Positions 29,161 to 39,093 of a DNA stretch of 64,000 nucleotides are shown in pieces. Each line of letters begins with the position of its first letter. Positions within the stretch are counted from its first letter, which is position 1. The translations under genes were made by a program, and so were the position numbers. The stretch is taken from assembly GCA_038251135.1 (NCBI GenBank), contig JBBSBR010000001.1, positions 512 through 64,511 on the forward strand. Reading direction: 5' to 3'. Under the pieces are notes generated by a model. That model made no database searches. It saw nothing but the letters and a program-made list of their open reading frames with translations, and was not told where the DNA came from. Origin of the DNA: Candidatus Saccharimonadia bacterium. GTDB taxonomy: Bacteria; Patescibacteriota; Saccharimonadia; UBA4664.

Positions 29161-29628
29161 CTAAAAGTCGTTTAATTCCAGCCGCTCCACGCCGTTTTGT
29201 TCGAGCTCGCGGCGATAGCGTTCCTCAATCGGGCGCAGCTCCAATAGATCTTCTTCGCGATCTATCTGCTCGATACCCACGCTGCGGTCGCGCGCCAAAT
29301 CGCGCTGAGCCAAACGCTCGGTTAATTCGTCCCAAAAAACATGGTCCTCATAATCAAGAATGTACTGGTCATAGAGCTTGTCGGTCCAGTCCGAATCCAG
29401 GTAGTAACGCCCCGTTTCGGCGTCGCGGTCGATCCCCTTGCCCGGCATCATTCCGAGCAGGGCCTGAATAGCCTCGCCGGCCGCCTCGTCCTGATGATCG
29501 GCGTCGTGCTGGGCGTTGACAACCCACTCGCCCAGATAGGCGAGTTCGACCAGTTTGCGGTATTCAGCGGCCGTTATTTGAAATGTGTATAGATTGTCGT
29601 CTGCCATAAGTGTCTCATTGTAGCGCAA
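29161..29628 (-). CDS. Hypothetical acidic cytoplasmic protein.
   Basis: 155-aa Asp/Glu-rich ORF. No assignable domain. Confidence 0.4.
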   Translation of the reverse strand: MRYNETLMADDNLYTFQITAAEYRKLVELAYLGEWVVNAQHDADHQDEAAGEAIQALLGMMPGKGIDRDAETGRYYLDSDWTDKLYDQYILDYEDHVFWDELTERLAQRDLARDRSVGIEQIDREEDLLELRPIEERYRRELEQNGVERLELNDF

Positions 29629-29655
29629 AAGTTCTCCGGGGGCGAGCGTGAGAAA

Positions 29656-30420
29656 TTAGTCGGCCCGTTCGGCGGCGGCAACAATTTTCAGAAAATCGAT
29701 ATCCACCAGACTTGCTCCGCCGACTAGGAGGCCGTCAACGCCCTCAACCGACAGATAACTTGCCGCGTTATCGGGGTTAACGCTCCCGCCATAAAGCACC
29801 TTTATACCGGCTCCGCCCTCCTCGCCGTACAAGTCCTCGACGCATCCGCGGATTGCGCGAACCATCGGGGAAACTTGGTCAGGGACCGCAAATTCACCCG
29901 TGCCGATCGCCCAAACGGGCTCATAGGCGATGACGATCTTGGCGACGTCGGCTGCAGTCAGATCATGCAGGTCGGATGTTAGCTGGTCGATGACGACCTT
30001 GGCCGACAGATTATGATGGCGCTCGTCGAGTGATTCGCCGACGCAGAGGATCGGAATCAGGTCGTTGCGCAGGGCCGCGGCGATTTTCTTGGCAATCAAC
30101 TTATCGTACTCTCCCATGGCTCGCCGCTCCGAGTGGCCGATAATGGCATATTTGGCTAAACCTTTAAGCATCGGCGCTGAAATCTCTCCCGTGTAGGCAC
30201 CCTCATCCATAAAGTAAATGTTTTGGGCCCCAACTCCCAAGTGCTTGCCGGCGAGAGCTTGATGAACCGGATATAACGAGATCGATGGCGGACAGATCAC
30301 CACCGTTGTACGCCCAACCTTGGGCAGCTTCGATTCCAAGCGCTTTGCGTACTTGGCCGCCGCTTCGGGGCCATAGTTCATCTTCCAGTTTCCGACGATC
30401 AATTTGTCTGCCATAAACAC
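29656..30420 (-). CDS. tpiA: Triosephosphate isomerase.
   Basis: VGNWKMN N-terminus. AYEPVWAIGTG and GGASL motifs. Confidence 0.9.
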   Translation of the reverse strand: MFMADKLIVGNWKMNYGPEAAAKYAKRLESKLPKVGRTTVVICPPSISLYPVHQALAGKHLGVGAQNIYFMDEGAYTGEISAPMLKGLAKYAIIGHSERRAMGEYDKLIAKKIAAALRNDLIPILCVGESLDERHHNLSAKVVIDQLTSDLHDLTAADVAKIVIAYEPVWAIGTGEFAVPDQVSPMVRAIRGCVEDLYGEEGGAGIKVLYGGSVNPDNAASYLSVEGVDGLLVGGASLVDIDFLKIVAAAERAD

Positions 30421-30466
30421 CTCTTCTTATATCTCATTCTACTGCAATAAATGTAACGATGGCCAA

Positions 30467-31663
30467 CTACTTATCGAGCAGCGCGTCGACACCGGGCAAC
30501 GACTTGCCGCTCATGAGCTCTAGGCTCGCTCCGCCACCGGTGGAGACCCAAGTAAATTTCTGGTGCAGCTGGTGTTCGTCGACGTACGAAGCGGTATCCC
30601 CGCCGCCCACGATGGTCGTTCCCTTAACGGACGCAATCATTTCGGCCATAGCCCGCGTGCCTTCGCTAAATTCTTTGACTTCGGTGATTCCCAACGGGCC
30701 GTTCCAGATGACGGTCGCTGTTCCGTTGAAATCCAGGAATTCGTAAATTGCCCGGCGGAGGCGCTCGGCGTAGGCCGGGGTAGCATCTACGATGTATTCG
30801 TCCGGCAAAACGGCATCAAGAGTCGTAGTGCGTACGCCGTCCGGCTCCTTAACGCTTTTCGATACAAGAACTTCTTCCGGCAAAAAGATCTCGGTATTCT
30901 CGACCTTGGCGAGTTCAATGAGGCGCTTCACCGTCTCGACCATATCCGGCTCGGCAATACTCTGGCCGATCTCGTTGCCCAGCGCGAGCGAGAAAGTGTT
31001 AGCGATCGGACCCGTCAAAAACAGGGCGTCGACCTTGGGAATAAAGTTCTCCAAAATTGGAATCTTGGTCGAAACCTTGGCACCGCCAAGCACCGCCACG
31101 AGCGGCCGGTCGGGCGTCTCGAGGGCGCCCGTGATGTAATTTACTTCTTTTTCGACCAGAAAACCTTCGAGTCCCGGAAGAAAGGCCGGCACTCCGGAAA
31201 CTGACGCTTGCCGGCGGTGATCGACGGCAAACGAATCGTTTACATAGATTTCTCCGAGCTTGGCCAATTTTTCGGCAAACTCCGGTGAAGCGTCAAGTTC
31301 TTCCTGATGAAAACGAACGTTTTCGAGCATCATGACTTCGCCCGGCTGCAAGGCGGCTGCGGCCGCTTCGACTTCGGATCCGACGCAATCGTCATAGAAT
31401 TTGATCTCGCGACCAAGCAACTCAGCCGCCCGTTCGGCGACCGGCTTGAGGCTGAATTGAGGATCCGGGGCGCCCTTGGGCTCGCCCATATGACTCATAA
31501 TGACAATTGAGCAACCATGGTCAAGTAAATAATTGAGGGTGTCCAGACTGGCATCGATACGGAAATTATCGGCCACCTGTCCGTCTTCCATCGGCATGTT
31601 ATAGTCGACACGAACAAGCACCCGCTTGCCCTGAACATCAAAATCGCGGATCGTCTTCTTCAT
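30467..31663 (-). CDS. pgk: Phosphoglycerate kinase.
   Basis: RVDYNMP. SHMGEPKG. GGGASLE C-terminal hinge motif. Confidence 0.9.
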   Translation of the reverse strand: MKKTIRDFDVQGKRVLVRVDYNMPMEDGQVADNFRIDASLDTLNYLLDHGCSIVIMSHMGEPKGAPDPQFSLKPVAERAAELLGREIKFYDDCVGSEVEAAAAALQPGEVMMLENVRFHQEELDASPEFAEKLAKLGEIYVNDSFAVDHRRQASVSGVPAFLPGLEGFLVEKEVNYITGALETPDRPLVAVLGGAKVSTKIPILENFIPKVDALFLTGPIANTFSLALGNEIGQSIAEPDMVETVKRLIELAKVENTEIFLPEEVLVSKSVKEPDGVRTTTLDAVLPDEYIVDATPAYAERLRRAIYEFLDFNGTATVIWNGPLGITEVKEFSEGTRAMAEMIASVKGTTIVGGGDTASYVDEHQLHQKFTWVSTGGGASLELMSGKSLPGVDALLDK

Positions 31664-31743
31664 CGGTTAAAAAGCCTCATTAAGCATCTGTCTTATCATA
31701 TAGGTAACAATGCCCCGCATAAAGCCCAAGGATGCTTCAGCGC

Positions 31744-33168
31744 CTAGGTAACGATCTTGATCTCGACCGTATCGGTGCCGCCCGTGACGCCAGGTTGGTG
31801 GCCGGACGCGACCACCAAGGCATCGCCAACCTTGACGCTGCCGGTAGATCGCAGCTCGCCCATTACGTACTCGGCCGCATCGCGCGGATGTTGGTGGTAG
31901 AAGGCTTTTCCGCCCCAGACGATAGCCATTTGATGGTAAACCCGCTGCTTGTCGGTCACAATCGCGATTGGAACCGACGGGCGCAGGCTGGCGATGTTTC
32001 GGGCGGTCTGTCCCGAGCTCGTCTCTGCAATAATTACCTTGGCCGGCATTTGGCGCGCCAATACTACCGCTGCAGCCGAGATCGCATTCTCGCGTTCCTT
32101 GCTGCCGTAATCGTCAAATTTCTGCTCACTCAGTTTATGGACTTCTTCACGCTCGGTATAAAGAATCACCCGCTTCATCATCTTGACGGTTTCGACCGGA
32201 AAAAGTCCCATGGCCGTTTCGCCGCTGAGCATCACCGCATCGGAGCCCTCGAGGACAGCGGTAGCAACGTCGCTCACCTCGGCGCGGGTCGGCGAAGGAC
32301 TCTGGATCATACTCTCGAGCATCTGAGTCGCCACGATTACCGGCTTCTTGTAAGCCCTGGCCAGCTCGATCATGCGCCGTTGAACGGCCGGGACGGCTTC
32401 GGGCAACGTCTCGATCGCCAAGTCCCCGCGTGCCACCATAAGCGCATCAGTAGCCTCCACGATTGCATCGAGGTTCTCCACGGCGGCCTTGGTCTCGATC
32501 TTGGCAATCACCTTAAGATCGCTGCCTAGTTCCCGCAGTCGAATTCTTAGATTCTGGATGTCGCGGGCAGTCTGCACGAATGACAAGGCGATATAGTCGC
32601 AGTCGTTCGCTGCGGCAAACTTAATGTCAGCCAGATCTTTGTCGGTCAGAATGTCGCCGCCGAGGTCGGTGTCGGGCAGATTCATGCCTTGATTCGAGAA
32701 TAGCAAACCGGGTGCAACTACCCGACCCGTGATTAGACGTTTCTCGATCTTTTCAACCTCGACTTCGATCTGCCCGTCGCGCAAAAATATCCGCTCGCCC
32801 GGCTTCACGTGCATGCTCACATCGTGCTGGACCGGAATCACGCCGGCCTTGTCGAAATCGGCGTCATATTCAAAGTGCACTATGTGACTGCGAACAAACG
32901 GCAGGCCATCGTTCGGTAATACACCAACTCTAATCTTCGGACCCTGCAGATCGGCAATGATAGCAATTGGACGCTCGAGTTTGGCACTGATGCTGCGGGC
33001 GGCCACGATCACCTGGGCGTGCTGCTCCAACGTACCGTGCGATAAGTTGAGGCGAAAACTATTGGTGCCGGCCAACATCAGCTCCTCCATAACCTTGGGG
33101 CTGCGGGATGACGGACCAATAGTGGCCACGATTTTAGTTCTTTTGAAGGAATCTGCGAGCATTCTCAC
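31744..33168 (-). CDS. pyk: Pyruvate kinase.
   Basis: KIVATIGPSS N-terminus. MVARGDLAIE active-site motif. Confidence 0.9.
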   Translation of the reverse strand: MRMLADSFKRTKIVATIGPSSRSPKVMEELMLAGTNSFRLNLSHGTLEQHAQVIVAARSISAKLERPIAIIADLQGPKIRVGVLPNDGLPFVRSHIVHFEYDADFDKAGVIPVQHDVSMHVKPGERIFLRDGQIEVEVEKIEKRLITGRVVAPGLLFSNQGMNLPDTDLGGDILTDKDLADIKFAAANDCDYIALSFVQTARDIQNLRIRLRELGSDLKVIAKIETKAAVENLDAIVEATDALMVARGDLAIETLPEAVPAVQRRMIELARAYKKPVIVATQMLESMIQSPSPTRAEVSDVATAVLEGSDAVMLSGETAMGLFPVETVKMMKRVILYTEREEVHKLSEQKFDDYGSKERENAISAAAVVLARQMPAKVIIAETSSGQTARNIASLRPSVPIAIVTDKQRVYHQMAIVWGGKAFYHQHPRDAAEYVMGELRSTGSVKVGDALVVASGHQPGVTGGTDTVEIKIVT

Positions 33169-33263
33169 CTCTATTTACACAAACAAAATAATACCTATAT
33201 GAACCCACTCTACTCCAGCCCCCTCGGTTCTGCTAGGTTTAAGCACAAGAATATTACAAAAGT

Positions 33264-33286
33264 TACACCCCGGCGGCCGGGGTGTA
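33264..33286 (-). terminator. GC-rich hairpin followed by a T-tract on the minus strand. Probable terminator of the upstream ABC operon or small ORF.
   Basis: tacaccccggcggccggggtgta palindrome. Minus strand continues AACTTTTGTAATATT. Confidence 0.5.
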
Positions 33287-33624
33287 ACGCGAGCAATTCT
33301 TAGGATTGGTCATTAATACGTCGAAAGATATACCCTCGACGGAACGATTTGATACGAGCGGACATAGACGAATTTATGAATCTTGCGGCGATGGCGCTTA
33401 TAGGCGGACTCGGCCCGGCGCCACTGACGGCGCAGTTGAGCTGAGTGGCGATCAGTGATTGGCGCCCCGTCGTCTTCGATCATCAGTTTGTAACTTTGGC
33501 TCATAATTTATCGGCCCTCGGTTATGTACTATTCACCCCGTTGATTGCGAGTGTACATACACCATAACGAGCCAACCTTAGAATTCGTTTAGGATTAGCT
33601 GTGAAAAAACTTACGATTCCAACG

Positions 33625-34416
33625 CTATAAGTCGCGTTTTCGAAAGCCGGTATACGTGAGCAGCGTGGTAACCGCTACGATAAAGATCGAGAACATAACG
33701 TAGGGGGTGCTGAGCGTATGATTACCTATGATCGACACGGCTGAAAAATAGGTAAACGGCGTCAGGATCGACAACCAATTCAATCGCTGTTCGATGTTGA
33801 TAATAACCGACAATAAATATGTTCCCAGTACGACCATCGAGGCGACGGTTACGGCCAGCTTGGGGCGGCTCCAATACGCGCCGATTGCCGAACCAATGCG
33901 CATAAATACCATCATGAGCAATATGTCGGCCAGCATCATGAGCCAAATCGTTTGCGCTACATCGGCGCCTTTGGCGTAAATTGCCATAACGGCAAATGAA
34001 CTTACGACCGTCACCAACCACAAAATGAATACCAACGTTAACGCCGCAAATAGCTTCGCTGAAACGATTTTATCGCGACTGACCGGCTTGGGTATGAGAA
34101 ATTCAGCCGTTTGGTCGCGCTCTTCTTTGGCGATGATATCGGCTCCGCGTATTGCCGCATAGACGCCGGCGGTCAGGATGATATAGAGGTACAGAGTTCC
34201 AAAATACCCGACCGGAGTGGCGATATCGAGTCCGTTAAAGCCAAATATCACTTGTACCGAATGTGGAAATTGCTCGACCAGATCAGTAATACTGGTCCCG
34301 GTCGTCTTGTAGGCAGCGTACTTGTTCATGCCGGCGAACAAGAGAAACAGCATGCCGACCGACCAGCCAATTAAGCCTTTGTAGTGGGATTTAAGTTCAT
34401 AAATATAAATGTTCAT
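33625..34416 (-). CDS. ABC-2 family transporter permease. Likely start is MNIYIYELK at 34416.
   Basis: Six-helix ABC-2 permease pattern. Paralogous to the upstream permease, with a 4-nt overlap. Confidence 0.6.
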   Translation of the reverse strand: MNIYIYELKSHYKGLIGWSVGMLFLLFAGMNKYAAYKTTGTSITDLVEQFPHSVQVIFGFNGLDIATPVGYFGTLYLYIILTAGVYAAIRGADIIAKEERDQTAEFLIPKPVSRDKIVSAKLFAALTLVFILWLVTVVSSFAVMAIYAKGADVAQTIWLMMLADILLMMVFMRIGSAIGAYWSRPKLAVTVASMVVLGTYLLSVIINIEQRLNWLSILTPFTYFSAVSIIGNHTLSTPYVMFSIFIVAVTTLLTYTGFRKRDL

Positions 34417-35213
34417 GCGACCGCCCGAATGTCTTTCCGCGCTAGCAGCCAGTAGCCGCCCGCGATGGCCGATGCTACCACCACGAGCTCCAGCCCTATG
34501 TACTGCCACTCATACGAGCCATGCTGAATAATATACGCCGTGTCGTAATACTTAAACGGCGAAAGGAACCGCGCAGCCTGATTCCCCACCAAAGAATCAA
34601 GCAAGCCGACAATAAAGAAGATGAAGACCGCCGGTATGCTCACCGCTATGACCGAGCGGATCTTGGGAATCACCATTGAGACCGCCAGACCAATGCCGAG
34701 GAAGTAGAGTTGAGTGGCAAAGAGTATGCCCGAGAGTCTCACGAATACGGCGATGTTGAAACTCTCATGGCCGAAGAGTACGGCCGACGACAGCGTTACG
34801 ACCTGGAAAACGAGGTTGGTAATGACGATGATCGTGAGCGTGGCCAGCACCTTCTGCACATAGACGTTGCGGCGGGTTATAGGCTTGGTGAGAAGAAAAT
34901 CGACGGTCTTACCCGATACCTCCTTCGACATTATCCCCACGCCCAAATTCATGGCCTGCACGGCCCCGATGAACGTCAGGTCGATCAGTAATAATGAGTA
35001 GAAGCCGTTGAGGGTCAAAAAGGTTTCTGCTCGGATATTGAAAGCGGTGCGAACCGCCTCGGGGAGCTGTTCAATGATACCCTTGCTCACGGCAACGTCC
35101 TGCAAAAACGACACTAGCATGGTCAGAAACAGTACGGCGTAACCGCTCAGAGCAATTATCCACACGATGGTCGAGGTACGATAGCTCCTTAGTTCATGCC
35201 GATACAGATTCAT
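34413..35213 (-). CDS. ABC-2 family transporter permease.
   Basis: MNLYRHELRSYRTSTIVWIIALSGY and six predicted helices. Confidence 0.6.
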   Translation of the reverse strand: MNLYRHELRSYRTSTIVWIIALSGYAVLFLTMLVSFLQDVAVSKGIIEQLPEAVRTAFNIRAETFLTLNGFYSLLLIDLTFIGAVQAMNLGVGIMSKEVSGKTVDFLLTKPITRRNVYVQKVLATLTIIVITNLVFQVVTLSSAVLFGHESFNIAVFVRLSGILFATQLYFLGIGLAVSMVIPKIRSVIAVSIPAVFIFFIVGLLDSLVGNQAARFLSPFKYYDTAYIIQHGSYEWQYIGLELVVVASAIAGGYWLLARKDIRAVA

Positions 35214-35222
35214 GTTGGCCGC

Positions 35223-36110
35223 CTATTGGTAGTAATGCAAAAAGATCTCTTCCAGCTCGGGCTCTTCTACCCAGAGATTGCTGAGATTTAGCGACGCCAG
35301 CTCCTTGGTGATGTCGTTCACTTTGCCGCGGTAGAGAAAACTCACACTGGTTCCGTCGACTTCCATATCGCTGACTCCCGAGATTTTCTCGACATCCTTG
35401 GCGTTAAAATTCCCTGCCAGCTCCAGTTTGAAACGCTTGTAGTTGTGTTCCAGCAGATCGCTGATCTTCTCCACGCGAATGATTGTGCCGTCTTTTATGA
35501 TGGCTACCCGATCACAGAGCTTCTGGACCTCGCTCAGGATATGCGATGAAAACAATATGGTCGCCCCCTGCTTGTTCTCTTTGCGCAGTAAGTTAAAAAA
35601 CTTCTGCTGAATCAGCGGATCGAGGCCCCCGGTGGGTTCGTCGAGAATAATCAGTTTGGGCGAATGGGCCAAGCCTTGAATAATGCCGACTTTCTTCTTG
35701 TTGCCGTAGCTCAAGTCGTCGATCTTCTTACTGAGGTCGAGGTCGAGCAACTTGGCAAGTTCATGAATGCGCTCGAGGGCTTTGGCCTGATCAATGCTAT
35801 AAAAGCTCACCGAGTATTTAAGCAGGTCGATGGCGCGCATATTGTCGTAGTAGAAGACTTCGCTCGGCAGGTAGCCGATCTGCTCACGAATTTCAGGTCC
35901 CCGCGTGGCAATGTCTTTGCCAAAAATCGTGGCGCTGCCGCTGGTTGGGTAGATCAGATTCAAGAGCGTCCGAATAGTGGTTGACTTCCCTGCCCCATTC
36001 GGCCCGATGAAGCCAAATATCTCACCTTCTTCAACAGCCAAATCCACGTCCACGATGCCGCGCTCGTGACCGTAGCGTTTGGTTAGTTTCTTGGTTTCGA
36101 TTATCGGCAT
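35223..36110 (-). CDS. ABC transporter ATP-binding protein. Likely start is MPIIETKKL, which has an AGGAGG ribosome-binding site.
   Basis: Walker A GPNGAGKST. Signature LSYGNKKKV. Walker B ILDEPTGGLD. Confidence 0.85.
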   Translation of the reverse strand: MPIIETKKLTKRYGHERGIVDVDLAVEEGEIFGFIGPNGAGKSTTIRTLLNLIYPTSGSATIFGKDIATRGPEIREQIGYLPSEVFYYDNMRAIDLLKYSVSFYSIDQAKALERIHELAKLLDLDLSKKIDDLSYGNKKKVGIIQGLAHSPKLIILDEPTGGLDPLIQQKFFNLLRKENKQGATILFSSHILSEVQKLCDRVAIIKDGTIIRVEKISDLLEHNYKRFKLELAGNFNAKDVEKISGVSDMEVDGTSVSFLYRGKVNDITKELASLNLSNLWVEEPELEEIFLHYYQ

Positions 36111-36208
36111 ACCGGTTTCCTCCTGGCTTGGCGTTAGCATAATTGTACACCCGCAACGCAAACTTAATAACGGCGGCACAGACCCTGACTTCGAAGATTC
36201 TGCGCTCC

Positions 36209-36739
36209 CTACCGGGCGCTGCGCTGCGCGCGTATCGCCGCCTCGATGGTATCCAGATCAAACTCCGCCATCATGAGCCGATAGAAGTCCCATAGAACCT
36301 TGGCGTCGTCATAGGCGCGGTGCCGCGCTTCGGTCTGCAGGTCGAATCGCTCAATTATATCGCTGAGCTTATGCCCGCGCACCGACGGATAGAGCCGACG
36401 CGACAAGCGGACGGTATCGAGAATCCGCGGGCGAAACGTAATCCCGATTTGATCGAATTCCATCTGCAGAAAGCCATAATCAAACGGCGCATTGTGTGCC
36501 ACGAAGACGGCCCCGTCGAGGAGCTCCAGCAGGTCGTCGGAGATTGACCGAAACGTGGGCGCACTGGTGACGTCGTCGTCGGTAATCCCCGTGAGCGCCG
36601 TAATCTGGCTCGGAATCCACGTACCCGGATCTACCAATTGGCTATACTCCCCCACCACTCGGTGATTCTCCACGCGTATCACACCCACCTCCAACAATCT
36701 GGAAGTCCGCGGTGTCCCGCCAGTGGTTTCGATGTCCAC
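36209..36739 (-). CDS. DEDDh 3'-5' exonuclease, DNA polymerase III epsilon-like.
   Basis: MDIETTG exo I motif. FVAHNAPFDYGFL exo II. HRAYDDA exo III. Confidence 0.75.
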   Translation of the reverse strand: MDIETTGGTPRTSRLLEVGVIRVENHRVVGEYSQLVDPGTWIPSQITALTGITDDDVTSAPTFRSISDDLLELLDGAVFVAHNAPFDYGFLQMEFDQIGITFRPRILDTVRLSRRLYPSVRGHKLSDIIERFDLQTEARHRAYDDAKVLWDFYRLMMAEFDLDTIEAAIRAQRSAR

Positions 36740-36824
36740 GAAAGCCAGAGGCTCACTGAGAATGTTGACCGATGCTGCGATAACGAATCCTTTGAATAAC
36801 CTCCCCCAATCATAGCAGTCTCGT

Positions 36825-36849
36825 TTACCGAACCGTTCCGGTTCGGTAA
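36825..36849. promoter_or_regulatory. Perfect 25-bp palindrome TTACCGAACCGTTCCGGTTCGGTAA upstream of the exonuclease gene. Candidate operator with GAAC...GTTC half-sites.
   Basis: Read directly from the sequence. It lies between the exonuclease start (36739) and the tRNA terminator. Confidence 0.45.
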
Positions 36850-36867
36850 CCCCGAATGCAATACCAA

Positions 36868-36899
36868 GAAAAAGACCTCACGCTGCGTGAGGTCTTTTT
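36868..36899 (-). terminator. Rho-independent, bidirectional-type terminator directly 3' of tRNA-Glu.
   Basis: aaaaagacctcacg-ctg-cgtgaggtcttttt. 9-bp perfect stem, 3-nt loop, A5/T5 flanks. Confidence 0.8.
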
Positions 36900-36901
36900 C
36901 T

Positions 36902-36976
36902 TGGTAGTCCCACGGGGAATCGAACCCCGGTTACCAGGATGAAAACCTGGCGTCCTAACCGTTAGACGATGGGACC
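36902..36976 (-). tRNA. tRNA-Glu (anticodon UUC) with an encoded CCA.
   Basis: Minus-strand sequence GGTCCCATCGTCTAACGGTTAGGACGCCAGGTTTTCATCCTGGTAACCGGGGTTCGATTCCCCGTGGGACTACCA. Cloverleaf with anticodon loop TTTTCAT and GTTCGATTC T-loop. Confidence 0.8.
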
Positions 36977-37228
36977 GAGTTGTGAGCGAAATAGGAGAGG
37001 ACATTTATATCCTATCCCATTTACGAGCGACGATGGTTCTATACAAAGTATGGGACCGAGTTGTGAGCAAAGGGCGATTTAACCGTCAAATAGTACCATT
37101 TATGCTCGATTTACTCAAGTCAATAAGCCCCAACCGCAAGATTCAAAGGTTTACTAGCGGTCGATACTAACAGGACTCCCGACTCAGCGCCAGATGACGC
37201 TGACTTCTGTGCAGAACGTGCTAAGGTA

Positions 37229-37771
37229 ATGGCTATGAGTAATCAGTCCAAATCCTCGCTCGACAACGTCTTTCATATCAGCGTCTTCATAAAGGGCATC
37301 GACGGTCTCCTGGAAGTTGTTGGGGGCTTGACGCTGCTATTTGTGCCGCTCGCGAGCATCAAAGGACTGGGAGCCATAACCGTCCGTGAGCTCCAGCAGG
37401 ACAATCATGCCTTTATAGCTAATGCCGTAATCCAACTCAACTCGCACATCACGCCGAACATTGCTCTCATCAGCGCACTCTACCTCTTTGCCCACGGTAC
37501 GATTAAGCTCATCTTGGCTACCGCATTATTTAAGGACATGTATAAGCTCTATCCGTATGCCATAGCGTTACTAACGGCTTCTATCATCTATCAAACCTAT
37601 CGGATCGGGGTAGATCACTCGCTGGTACTTACGCTCCTGACCCTCTTTGACGTCTTCATCGTCGTCATGACTTACATCGAGTGGGAGCGCCATCCCGTGC
37701 GTCGTTCTAAATTGCGCTTACGTCCGGACGAAATTATACTAAAGGATAATGAAGGCGAAGAAAAAAACTAA
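37229..37771 (+). CDS. DUF2127-like membrane protein.
   Basis: Four predicted helices. Matches the DUF2127 family pattern as recalled. Confidence 0.45.
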   Translation: MAMSNQSKSSLDNVFHISVFIKGIDGLLEVVGGLTLLFVPLASIKGLGAITVRELQQDNHAFIANAVIQLNSHITPNIALISALYLFAHGTIKLILATALFKDMYKLYPYAIALLTASIIYQTYRIGVDHSLVLTLLTLFDVFIVVMTYIEWERHPVRRSKLRLRPDEIILKDNEGEEKN

Positions 37772-38873
37772 GAAGTCCGCCAAAAAATCCCGGCGGCTCT
37801 CGATCAAGCTACTCGTAAGCGTCTGTGTGACGTTTGCGCTGTTTGGCGGCGGGCTGGCACTGGCGCTCGATCTGCCGATCGCCAGCGGTACGACCAATCA
37901 GATCGAGGGCATCCATTTTCCGTTGGCCATCGCGGCCGACTATCGCGATCTGTCGTATCAGATTGCAAAATTCGACGACCTGGAGGCTCAGACGCACGCG
38001 GAGATTGTCCGCGACGTCGATATCCAGAATGACCTGGCGCAGATTCAACTCGACGTTGCCGCCGGCAAATACGATCTGGCAAAAAAAGATCTTCATTCTC
38101 TCCGCGGTCAGTTGGCCATCTGGAATCAGCAGTTAAGCGCTTTTAGTTCGGCCTCGCCAAATCCCGTGCCGAAGACCATAAATTACGTCCAGCCAACCCC
38201 CGCCGTCGCCAAGGAGAGCCAATTTCTGCCGATTATTCTCTACCACCTGACGCCGGCCAACTTCGACGAGCAACTAACCTATCTCGATCAGCACGGATAC
38301 ACCAGCGTTAATTTCGCCCAAGTCACGGCCGCGCTCAACGGCGGTAAGGCCTTGCCCGCCAAGCCGGTCGTCATAACTTTCGACGACGGTTTCGCCGACC
38401 AGCTCAAAGCCTTCGATATCTTGAAACGCCACAATATGAAGGCCACGTTCTACATCATCAACGGCGGAGCTGCCAGCCGATGGTGTATCGGAGCCGGCCG
38501 CCGCGTGGGCGACCCGCTCCAGCCGCCGACCGGCTGCGGCGACAGCTACCTTAATTGGAATGAAGTTCGGATGCTCGACGCCAGCGGCCTCATCACCATC
38601 GGCGGCCACACGGTCGACCATCAGAATCTGGCGAGCGACACGCCCGAGCAGCAGCGGTTTGAGATTATGACGAGCAAAGTCGGTATCGAGCAACAACTAG
38701 GCCACCAGATCTTTGATTTCTGTTACCCGTACGGCAGCTACAATGCCGATACTCTGGCCATCGTCCGGGAGGCGGGTTACACGACCGCCGTAACCACCCT
38801 GCCCGGCACCTACCAGCCGGCGGGAGACCTGTTTACCCTGCGCCGGATTCGCGATACGTTGACGCTGCCGTAA
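37749..38873 (+). CDS. Membrane-anchored polysaccharide deacetylase (NodB homology domain) with an N-terminal TM helix and coiled-coil.
   Basis: VVITFDDGFADQ motif 1. HTVDHQNL histidine motif. Catalytic Asp/His pattern of CE4 enzymes. Confidence 0.75.
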   Translation: MKAKKKTKKSAKKSRRLSIKLLVSVCVTFALFGGGLALALDLPIASGTTNQIEGIHFPLAIAADYRDLSYQIAKFDDLEAQTHAEIVRDVDIQNDLAQIQLDVAAGKYDLAKKDLHSLRGQLAIWNQQLSAFSSASPNPVPKTINYVQPTPAVAKESQFLPIILYHLTPANFDEQLTYLDQHGYTSVNFAQVTAALNGGKALPAKPVVITFDDGFADQLKAFDILKRHNMKATFYIINGGAASRWCIGAGRRVGDPLQPPTGCGDSYLNWNEVRMLDASGLITIGGHTVDHQNLASDTPEQQRFEIMTSKVGIEQQLGHQIFDFCYPYGSYNADTLAIVREAGYTTAVTTLPGTYQPAGDLFTLRRIRDTLTLP

Positions 38874-39093
38874 CTCTCACATCGGAAGTCGAGTTTCTCC
38901 CAACCTACGAAAATATGCCTAATTTACGCCCAGATTAACCACGAACGCGTAGCCGGCCAGCAGAAATGAAAACAGCCAGACACCCCATCGGTAATTTTTG
39001 TACGGATTGTGAGTCAGCTTGTGGATATACTTCTCTATGATCGTCAGAACTGCATAGGTTACGACAAGAGTCGCGATGGCGGCCAAAGCCGCG

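Noticed and set aside
30563-32529. 213-aa and 265-aa plus-strand ORFs.
   Set aside because: Antisense to pgk and pyk respectively.
36982-37170. 62-aa plus-strand ORF next to tRNA-Glu.
   Set aside because: It lies in an AT-rich non-coding spacer and spans the duplicated tRNA fragment. No ribosome-binding site.
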